Positions 1-6,360 of a stretch of DNA of 33,610 nt are shown piece by piece. A program made the position numbers and the translations under genes. How positions within the stretch are numbered: the stretch's first letter is position 1; the number at the start of each line of letters is the position of its first letter. The stretch is taken from the IMG/VR virus record IMGVR_UViG_3300048858_000136, positions 1 through 33,610 of that record; one strand, 5' to 3'. This DNA comes from a virus (Duplodnaviria; Caudoviricetes). A model generated the notes under the pieces. It was not told the DNA's origin. It saw only the letters and a program-made list of their open reading frames with translations, and made no database searches.

Positions 1-1155
1 TCACTCGGCCGTTTTTGAGCGCGATTCGGCGCGGGCCAAGGCAACCTTACGGCTGGCCTCAAGACCATCTCCGCGACTGTATCTTTTCGTCATCTCAGTA
101 GTCGTGTGCGTTGCCAGTTCCCGCGCGACTTCGATAGATCCGGTTGCCTCAATCGTTTCAGAGACCGCACCCGCCCGCGTGTCCATCGACCAGACATGGT
201 CTGGCACCCCGGCCGCTTTGCGGACCATCGAGAACTTCTTGATGTATCGATCGCTCCAGTACGGTTTGCCGGTATCCTCGTCGAGGACTACAGGGCCGAT
301 GTCGGGGATGGCGTAAGCCTTCAGGACTTCCATGACGAGGGGGCACGAATTCAGGTCCCGCGCGACGCCTGCGCCGGTCTTGCTCGTGCTTATCTTCAGG
401 ATCAGATCCTTGGACAGGTCTTTCCGCATCAAGCCCGACCAGCGATAAGGTCCTCCTTCTGCCGGCGGCGCCCATTCCCCGATAACATCGATACGACGTA
501 GAGCCGTCTCGAACTTCACAGCCTCAACAAAGCCGATCGACGGGCACTTCAGTTCGATGCTCTTCCGTACGATCGCGGCGCACTGATCATAGGTCATCGC
601 TATGGTGCGCGGCGCAGGCTGCTCGAAGCGCATGTCGGCCAGAACCTCGCGCGCCTGGCGGCAACCCCTGAGACGTTCACCGGCTCCATAGGAGATGACG
701 AGCCGCAGCAGCTTGATCGCGCCCGCCGCCCGTCTGTGGCCCTTCTTCCGCCATTGCTCATACCAGCGCTTGAAGTCTGACGAGCGAAGGGCGTTAATGT
801 CGCGATCTCCGACGTTCTTGACCAGCACGCGGAGGCTCGGCTCATAGTCACGAAGGCGGGTGGAATGCTTTACCGTGTGCAACGAGCTTGTCGGGTCCGT
901 GCGGAATAGGTCGATCAGCGACTTGATCGTGCCATCGTACTTCACGGGTGCATCCTTCGCGTCGAGGTCGGCGCGAAGCTGTCGGGTTCGGGATTGGCAT
1001 TCTTCTGCCAGTTCCCTGTCGGTCAGGCCATCTGGTAGCCTCACCGTGCTCAAGAATGCCGGGGCACCCTTGAGCGCCCTTTTCGGATTCCAATAGTGGA
1101 CGCGCGTTCCGTCCTTGTTGTCCCGATACTGATAACCGGGCCTGTCAGTCCTCAT
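1..1155 (-). CDS. int: Tyrosine recombinase / phage integrase
   Basis: Catalytic motifs ETALRRIDV (R), SKTG (K), MDTRAG (variant of HxxR), LATH (H), TKRY (Y). ATG at 1155 preferred over 1227 because it follows GAAAGGAAAATTGGG and overlaps the upstream gene's end. Confidence 0.9.
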   Translation of the reverse strand: MRTDRPGYQYRDNKDGTRVHYWNPKRALKGAPAFLSTVRLPDGLTDRELAEECQSRTRQLRADLDAKDAPVKYDGTIKSLIDLFRTDPTSSLHTVKHSTRLRDYEPSLRVLVKNVGDRDINALRSSDFKRWYEQWRKKGHRRAAGAIKLLRLVISYGAGERLRGCRQAREVLADMRFEQPAPRTIAMTYDQCAAIVRKSIELKCPSIGFVEAVKFETALRRIDVIGEWAPPAEGGPYRWSGLMRKDLSKDLILKISTSKTGAGVARDLNSCPLVMEVLKAYAIPDIGPVVLDEDTGKPYWSDRYIKKFSMVRKAAGVPDHVWSMDTRAGAVSETIEATGSIEVARELATHTTTEMTKRYSRGDGLEASRKVALARAESRSKTAE

Positions 1156-1363
1156 CCCAATTTTCCTTTCCGTCAGGGGCGTAAGTGCCCGCTCCTGACG
1201 TGCCGGCCGAAGCGGGTAGGGTGTCAACGGCGCCGAGCCTGTGGATAGCGGGGATTATGGTGACAACCATGGTATGCAGGTCCACTTGAAGAGCAGCACC
1301 CTGGCATTTGGCGGCCTTGATCAATCGCTCGACGTCAGCCTGTCGGAACTTCGCGCGAGGCAT
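1145..1363 (-). CDS. Putative excisionase-like small DNA-binding protein
   Basis: 72 aa (MPRAKFRQADVERLIKAAK...), directly upstream of and overlapping the integrase start; function inferred from position. Confidence 0.6.
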   Translation of the reverse strand: MPRAKFRQADVERLIKAAKCQGAALQVDLHTMVVTIIPAIHRLGAVDTLPASAGTSGAGTYAPDGKENWDED

Positions 1364-1556
1364 CGCGATCCTCCAGCAACGTATCGGTTGTGGCTTGCGC
1401 CTGGTTCAGTTCGCGCTCTACCTGCTCGGCCAGAAGGTCGAGGGCACACAAGTCGCGCTGGTTCTGCATCCCGGCCGCGGCGAGGCGGATCGCGTGCAGG
1501 TAGCTCCGGGCGGCGCCGAAGGCGTCTTCGAGCTTGGTTGCAGCCGCCTTGGTCAT
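1335..1556 (-). CDS. Hypothetical phage early protein
   Basis: 73-aa helical ORF; GGGGAG SD; start overlaps the upstream stop (ATGA). Confidence 0.7.
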   Translation of the reverse strand: MTKAAATKLEDAFGAARSYLHAIRLAAAGMQNQRDLCALDLLAEQVERELNQAQATTDTLLEDRDASREVPTG

Positions 1557-1729
1557 CGGTCAAACTCCCCTGCCAAAAGTCTCCGGGCGGGTGCATAGAC
1601 GCGGATGTCCTCGATCTCGTCATCTTCGAAATCGTGGTCTCCGTCCGTCTCGTCGAGAAGTTTGATCGCCTGCTCAACCCAGCGTTCCACTTCGGAGCGC
1701 CGGAAGTTCTCAAGGGCGGGGTTACTCAT
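1553..1729 (-). CDS. Hypothetical acidic phage protein (58 aa)
   Basis: MSNPALENFRRSEVERWVEQAIKLLDETDGDHDFEDDE...; GGGAGG SD before ATG 1729; overlaps neighbours in the operon. Confidence 0.7.
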   Translation of the reverse strand: MSNPALENFRRSEVERWVEQAIKLLDETDGDHDFEDDEIEDIRVYAPARRLLAGEFDR

Positions 1730-1970
1730 CCCTGGCCTCCCGTCTGGCCGGTTCGCTAATCCGTCTTTCAACGAGGATGGTCGTCTCGTCGGCCAGAATA
1801 GCGCCCAGATCAAGAACGGCTTTGATGTCCGACACGGCGCGATTGCGCACGCTGTCGTTCCAGTTCTTGACGTCGGCCAGAGCGAACGAACACACAGAAA
1901 ATAGCGACGCAAGATAGGAAACCGCGTCGGCTGCCTCCTCGCGGAAACCTGAACCGGGGAGATTGCTCAT
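1722..1970 (-). CDS. Hypothetical phage early protein (82 aa)
   Basis: MSNLPGSGFREEAADAVSYLASL...; GGAGG SD; ATGA overlap with 1967..2506. Confidence 0.7.
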   Translation of the reverse strand: MSNLPGSGFREEAADAVSYLASLFSVCSFALADVKNWNDSVRNRAVSDIKAVLDLGAILADETTILVERRISEPARREARDE

Positions 1971-2506
1971 GCCCGGCCCTCCGATTCTTCGTTGAAGAAG
2001 ACGACTCCCCGACCAGAAGATGCGCGGTAGACGTTCGCGTAAAATTGCGTGCCCGTATCCGCCCGCCAGTCGTCCAGAGCCGTGCCGAGCTCCGCGGACA
2101 GACGTAGGCAACGGTCATGGGGCGTCTCGACCGCCTTGATGCTCCGGTCGCTCGCCATGCTAACGCTAAATTCGTGGCAACAAGGGAAAATGCAGGCATA
2201 AAAAGTGCCGTCATAGCAGTGGGTCAGCGTTGTCGAGAGCTCCTTGCTTAGACGGCGGGCCTTCATGTGAGGCTCTTCCGTTAGGCTCTCACTTTCTAAG
2301 CAAAGACCCACGGGGTAGTAGAGCCAGAGGCTTGGTTCTGTCGTGCCCGCTTTCGGTATTCCAACGTTCAGACCGGCGGCGCCTGGAACGTAGGCGAGAA
2401 GCTGGACGAACTCGGATGCCAAATAGCGCATCCGCTCGCGCGTCCGCTCCTGCGTCATTCCGATTGCATTTTTGGGCACAGTTGTGCTATTGGACTGCTT
2501 GTCCAT
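1967..2506 (-). CDS. Hypothetical phage early protein (179 aa)
   Basis: AGGAG SD upstream of the ATG; first long gene of a chain of overlapping leftward ORFs. Confidence 0.7.
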   Translation of the reverse strand: MDKQSNSTTVPKNAIGMTQERTRERMRYLASEFVQLLAYVPGAAGLNVGIPKAGTTEPSLWLYYPVGLCLESESLTEEPHMKARRLSKELSTTLTHCYDGTFYACIFPCCHEFSVSMASDRSIKAVETPHDRCLRLSAELGTALDDWRADTGTQFYANVYRASSGRGVVFFNEESEGRA

Positions 2507-2607
2507 TTTGAGCTCCTACGCTTTTTGGACTTGGGACCGCCTGCAAGCGGCATTCACTTTGAATTCGGCGACCGATGAGATCTGCAAATCTCGTTGCGTC
2601 GCCGTTT

Positions 2608-2778
2608 TCATTCCTGAGCCGAAGGGAGGGGTACTCCCTGAACCCGTTCCATTCGCTCACGTAGCGCGCGGTTGATCTCGCTGTTTTGAGAGCTTCCGTA
2701 CCGAGCCACTTGGCCCTGTAAGAACGACAGGAGGTCGGCGGGTAATCTAATCTTCAGTTGCGCGTTCGACTTCTTCAC
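2608..2778 (-). CDS. Arc-like ribbon-helix-helix repressor (56 aa, absent from the ORF track)
   Basis: Manual translation from GTG: MKKSNAQLKIRLPADLLSFLQGQVARYGSSQNSEINRALRERMERVQGVPLPSAQE; QLKIRLP...SxNSEI is the Arc/Mnt signature. Confidence 0.8.
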   Translation of the reverse strand: MKKSNAQLKIRLPADLLSFLQGQVARYGSSQNSEINRALRERMERVQGVPLPSAQE

Positions 2779-2800
2779 CTCTTGTTACCTTTCATTAACC

Positions 2801-2860
2801 ATAAACCACCGTGGTTTATTGTTGTCAATTGCCTCGGATTGATTTTTTAACCACGGTGGT
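2801..2860. promoter_or_regulatory. Two palindromic operators and a divergent promoter region between the Arc genes
   Basis: ATAAACCAC-C-GTGGTTTAT (2801-2819) and ACCAC-G-GTGGT (2850-2860); TTGACA on the minus strand at 2828-2823. Confidence 0.75.
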
Positions 2861-2873
2861 CCATTATCCCGAT

Positions 2874-3431
2874 ATGACGAGAACCGATCCCCAGATGAAG
2901 CTGCGCCTCCCGCCCCAATTGAAGGGGGCGATCGAGGAAGCTGCGGGCGACGAGCAGAGATCTCTCAACGCCGAAATCGTGCAAAGGCTCTACGCGTCTT
3001 TCGACTATGAGAACGAGAAGCGGGAGCTTTTGGCGAAGATTGCCCATCTTGAGGCGCAGCAGGCTGCGTCGGATGCTAAGCTCCACGAGATGGCGACCGT
3101 CAAAGCGAGCCTTGAGCAGGAGCGTCTCGCAAGCGCTAAATCGGGGCTCGAATGGGAAGAGTGGGCAACCAAACAGTTTACCGATGAAAACACGGTGTAC
3201 GTTCTGCTTGACGCCGATGGTCACCCTATTTCCTGGGATGAGATCGTCACCCACCTGGCTGCAATTTCCGAAGCAGTTGGAGGGAACGTCGAGCGCATTG
3301 AGGCTGGCGTTTTCGACGCGCCGCGTCAGCCCAATGACAAGCGTTTTGACCAGTGGGTGAAGCTCCGCGAATATTATCGAAAGAAGCGGTCGATAACTCC
3401 GCGGAAATCGAAAAAGGACAAGCTTCCTTGA
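2874..3431 (+). CDS. Arc-family DNA-binding protein with coiled coil and extra C-terminal domain
   Basis: MTRTDPQMKLRLPPQLKGAIEEAAGDEQRSLNAEIVQRL is an Arc domain; heptad-like stretch follows. Confidence 0.85.
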   Translation: MTRTDPQMKLRLPPQLKGAIEEAAGDEQRSLNAEIVQRLYASFDYENEKRELLAKIAHLEAQQAASDAKLHEMATVKASLEQERLASAKSGLEWEEWATKQFTDENTVYVLLDADGHPISWDEIVTHLAAISEAVGGNVERIEAGVFDAPRQPNDKRFDQWVKLREYYRKKRSITPRKSKKDKLP

Positions 3432-3605
3432 CTTCGCCAACAGTACCGCGTGTACCCGCGAGGCTGTGCCTGTAGGTCGGTGATCACCTTGTTGTTGAAC
3501 GGCAAGCGCGTGCTTCGCCCGTACGCTGTCTAACCTTCGCGCCCTGCTGCACCATGTTTCGACCATCACGCTAACCTTCCTGGCAGGCAACGCAGCCTGA
3601 TCACG

Positions 3606-3657
3606 TAGGCATAGCGGTTTACAAACCGATTGTAAACCGTATCGGTTAGCTAACCTT
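3606..3657 (-). promoter_or_regulatory. Putative left operator/promoter (OL/PL-like)
   Basis: CGGT-TTACAA-ACCG at 3615-3628 and near match CGGT-TAGCTA-ACCT at 3644-3657, the same motif as at cI/cro; minus-strand TTTACA-N17-TATGCC brackets the first site. Confidence 0.65.
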
Positions 3658-3724
3658 GAGAACTAATTCCCGGTCGCGGCTCAGAATCGATTCGACTCTC
3701 GTCAGAGCATGTGCTTTTTTGCGA

Positions 3725-3739
3725 GAACGGAACGTGAAC
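3725..3739 (+). promoter_or_regulatory. Alphaproteobacterial LexA (SOS) box
   Basis: GAAC-GGAACGT-GAAC, an exact GAAC-N7-GAAC, 15 nt upstream of ATG 3755. Confidence 0.75.
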
Positions 3740-3754
3740 GCCAAAGGTTTCAAC

Positions 3755-4015
3755 ATGCGGGCTGGTGCAGGGTACGCGGATGCCGACAGGATGCTTTGCG
3801 AGCTCCGCAGCGTTCGGGTTTTGTGTGAAGAGTGCGGTCGTTCCGTGTCGCTGGGCTTTCCGGAACTTCAGTCTGCGACATTCGCAGGTGTCTATAGCTT
3901 CAGACGCCTGTGTGATCGCTTGCGCTGCAGCGAATGCCCGCCACTGCCTCGCCAGTGGCGTAGAATAACTGTCCAGCCCAACTGGCGGGGTTTGTCGGAT
4001 CAGAGCGTCGCGTGA
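3755..4015 (+). CDS. Small Zn-ribbon protein, putatively SOS-regulated (86 aa)
   Basis: CEEC...RLRCSEC pair of CxxC motifs; AAAGG SD; LexA box upstream; 3' end overlaps the cI 3' end. Confidence 0.75.
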   Translation: MRAGAGYADADRMLCELRSVRVLCEECGRSVSLGFPELQSATFAGVYSFRRLCDRLRCSECPPLPRQWRRITVQPNWRGLSDQSVA

Positions 4016-4710
4016 TGCACCACCTTATGAACCGAGAACACCGTGTCATTGTCGAAAACTAGTTCCTTTGACTCTCCGTCCTCGGGATTGTGTTGCCACA
4101 GCTTTAGAGTCTTCGAGGACCGTGATCGGAATTCTTTGATGTAGCTTGCCATCTCGTCGCCATCGACTTCGGGCTTGAGTTGAACCACAACGTCATCGCC
4201 TGCACGCACTGGCAATTGAGGGTTTAGCCAGACTGTTTCTCCCGCCTTATATCTGGGCTCCATGCTGGTCCCATAGACGCGGACTGCATAGGCGTCGGGG
4301 ACATTCTCCAGCCCAGGCGGGCAGAAGACGTCGGCCACGATCGCGCCGTTCATGATAAACCGGCCGTTCGGTCCAGCCTCAGACTGGCCCATCATAGGAA
4401 TGCGGCGGTTCGTGTTGAACCGCTGATAGCGAGGAGGAAAACTCGCGTTGGGGCGTGCAGTCCGGGTCACGGGGGGCAGGGGCGGCGGAGTGTCATGATC
4501 CCCTAACAGCCACGCCGTAGATGTATCGAGAGCCAACGCGAGGCTCTCGATCGTTCGACTTGTAACGTTTGGCTTTTTGCCAGCTTCGACGGCGCGCCTT
4601 ATATTGCGGATCGCGTCTACGCTCAGGCCGGCGTCCTTCGACGCTCTCGCTTCGGACAGCCCGAGCTCGTCCAGTCGCTGCTTTATCCGATCGTAAACTT
4701 CTTTGCTCAT
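4000..4710 (-). CDS. cI: CI-like repressor (HTH plus S24 autopeptidase)
   Basis: N-terminal HTH (LSEARASKDAGLSVDAIRNIRR), Ala-Gly site (SEAG), catalytic Ser (GTSMEP) and Lys (YIKEF); divergent from a cro-like gene. Confidence 0.92.
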   Translation of the reverse strand: MSKEVYDRIKQRLDELGLSEARASKDAGLSVDAIRNIRRAVEAGKKPNVTSRTIESLALALDTSTAWLLGDHDTPPPLPPVTRTARPNASFPPRYQRFNTNRRIPMMGQSEAGPNGRFIMNGAIVADVFCPPGLENVPDAYAVRVYGTSMEPRYKAGETVWLNPQLPVRAGDDVVVQLKPEVDGDEMASYIKEFRSRSSKTLKLWQHNPEDGESKELVFDNDTVFSVHKVVHHATL

Positions 4711-4712
4711 GG

Positions 4713-4789
4713 CGGTATTGTGACCGATGTTGGAGGTTGGGGATAGCGGTATCAAAACCGTTGACAATCGCGGTGTAGATACCGATATT
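4713..4789. promoter_or_regulatory. Right operator: three CGGT-N6-ACCG sites with a PR-like promoter
   Basis: Sites at 4713-4726, 4747-4760 and 4771-4784; TTGACA (4761-4766)-N17-GATATT (4784-4789). Confidence 0.85.
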
Positions 4790-4795
4790 GTCGGC

Positions 4796-5056
4796 ATGGC
4801 ACAAATCACATCCCTGATTAAGGTTACCGATCAGTTTCTTGCCGTCACCGGCCGCAAGGAGGTGACTCTCAGCTACCAAGTCTTCCGAGACAGCTCCAAC
4901 ATCCGCAAGATCCGCCACGGGCAGGACATTACGCTGACCCGTTTCAACAACGCGATGGCGTGGTTCTACGAGAACTGGCCGACTTCTCATCGGCCGGTGG
5001 AGCTGTTGCGGTGGGCTGCTGACGCTGAGTATCAACCCCGCCAGGTGTCAGCATGA
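4796..5056 (+). CDS. Cro-like small regulator
   Basis: MAQITSLIKVTDQFLAVTGRKEVTLSYQVFRDSSNIRKIRHGQDITL...; divergent from cI and first gene of the rightward operon. Confidence 0.75.
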   Translation: MAQITSLIKVTDQFLAVTGRKEVTLSYQVFRDSSNIRKIRHGQDITLTRFNNAMAWFYENWPTSHRPVELLRWAADAEYQPRQVSA

Positions 5057-5307
5057 CGCGCGCACCTATCCCTACAATAGCCGAGCAGGAAGAGGCGTAT
5101 TTCAACTACCTGCGCCTCAAGGACGTGTCCGATCAGACGCGGCAGCTTGATGACGCGCGGGCGGCAGGACACGCGTGGCTCGCGTATCTCGACCTGTTCC
5201 TCCCGCCTGAAAAGAAGCTATCCGGCGATGCACCAAGTGCTGGAAATGTCACGACCTTCCCCGTGCATCGCACTCGTTCTGGCCGGCAGGCCAAGGGGAG
5301 GGGATAG
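5053..5307 (+). CDS. Hypothetical phage protein (84 aa)
   Basis: ATGA overlap with the cro-like gene; fills the gap up to the replication gene. Confidence 0.75.
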   Translation: MTRAPIPTIAEQEEAYFNYLRLKDVSDQTRQLDDARAAGHAWLAYLDLFLPPEKKLSGDAPSAGNVTTFPVHRTRSGRQAKGRG

Positions 5308-5308
5308 C

Positions 5309-6073
5309 ATGGCTCGTATCAGATCCATCCACGACGGCTTTTTCACCGATGAACAGCTCGTATCGGTCAGCCCGTTCGCGCGCCTGCTTTTCCTCGGGCT
5401 TGGTGTCCAGGCCGACGACAAGGGCGTGTTCGAGTGGAAGCCTATCACACTGAAGATGCGGATTTTCCCCGCCGACAACGTTGATGTGCCCCAGCTCCTC
5501 GCGGAACTTCAGTCGATTGATGCCATCCGAAACTACGAAATTGATGGGCGTCAGTACGGCGCAATCCGGAACTTCCGCAAGTTCCAACGGCCGAAAGCGC
5601 CCAATGACGTCCATCCGATCCCTGACGATTTCCGAATTTATGCGGGCTTACCGCCCATCATTTCGGAAATGGAAGACGATAACGGGTCGCCATTTCTCCA
5701 GAACGCGGAAATCGCTCCGCAGATGGAGAGTAGAGGAGAGGAGGAGGGAGGGGAGAGTAGAGGAGTTATCATCGATGATAATACCCCGGCTCCTTCCGAA
5801 AAGGCGGCGAGGCCGTATGCCTTCGAAGCCAAGACGATCCGTCTGACAGGCAAAGACCTCGAAAACTGGCGGCAGGCTTTCCCGCTGCTCTCGCTTGAGG
5901 CCGAGCTCTGGTCCCTCGACGAATGGGCCGGCAAGCAGGGCAAGAAATGGTTCGCGGCTGTCAGCTCTGCGCTGGCGAAGAAGCAGCGAGAGGCGACCGA
6001 CCGGTCCAACGCTGCGAAGGCGAACCGAGAGGCCGGCGGCGGAGCCACGGCTCGACGAGAGGGCCGGATATGA
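5309..6073 (+). CDS. Phage replication initiator (replisome organiser-like)
   Basis: MARIRSIHDGFFTDEQLVSVSPFARLLFLGL N-terminus typical of phage initiators; GGAGG SD; low-complexity central linker; upstream of primase/helicase. Confidence 0.8.
   Translation: MARIRSIHDGFFTDEQLVSVSPFARLLFLGLGVQADDKGVFEWKPITLKMRIFPADNVDVPQLLAELQSIDAIRNYEIDGRQYGAIRNFRKFQRPKAPNDVHPIPDDFRIYAGLPPIISEMEDDNGSPFLQNAEIAPQMESRGEEEGGESRGVIIDDNTPAPSEKAARPYAFEAKTIRLTGKDLENWRQAFPLLSLEAELWSLDEWAGKQGKKWFAAVSSALAKKQREATDRSNAAKANREAGGGATARREGRI
5725..5765 (+). repeat. 14-bp direct repeat in a polypurine tract, candidate origin element
   Basis: GGAGAGTAGAGGAG at 5725-5738 and 5752-5765 inside the initiator gene. Confidence 0.55.
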
Positions 6074-6360
6074 AGTCGGCCGAAGAAATCCTTTCAGCTC
6101 ACGGCATCCGAATCCGGCGCGTCGTCGCCGGCAACCAGAAGACTACCTGCCCGAAGTGTTCCCCGGGCCGGAAGAACAAGCGGGAGCCCTGCCTTTCGGT
6201 CGAGATCGGCGCGGGCGGTGTTCGCTTCAACTGCCATCATTGCGGCTTTCACGGTGGAGATTTCTATGACGCACGCTCTGGGTCCAAACGGGATCAAAGC
6301 TTTCCAAAACCGGATGATCGATCCCGAGGTCGCAGCTCATTCCGGCGTATTTACGGGTAG
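6070..6360 (+). CDS. Stand-alone primase zinc-binding domain
   Basis: TTCPKCS...RKNKREPCLSV...FNCHHCGFHG resembles the Twinkle/T7 gp4-type Zn domain; ATGA overlap with the initiator. Confidence 0.8.
   Translation: MKSAEEILSAHGIRIRRVVAGNQKTTCPKCSPGRKNKREPCLSVEIGAGGVRFNCHHCGFHGGDFYDARSGSKRDQSFPKPDDRSRGRSSFRRIYG

Noticed and set aside
1156-1227. Longer integrase N-terminus from the ORF track
   Set aside because: It overlaps the excisionase-like gene, and ATG 1155 has a better SD.
2847-3590. 247-aa minus-strand ORF downstream of the PL-like promoter
   Set aside because: Mostly the antisense shadow of the Arc-domain gene; not protein-like and no recognisable domain.
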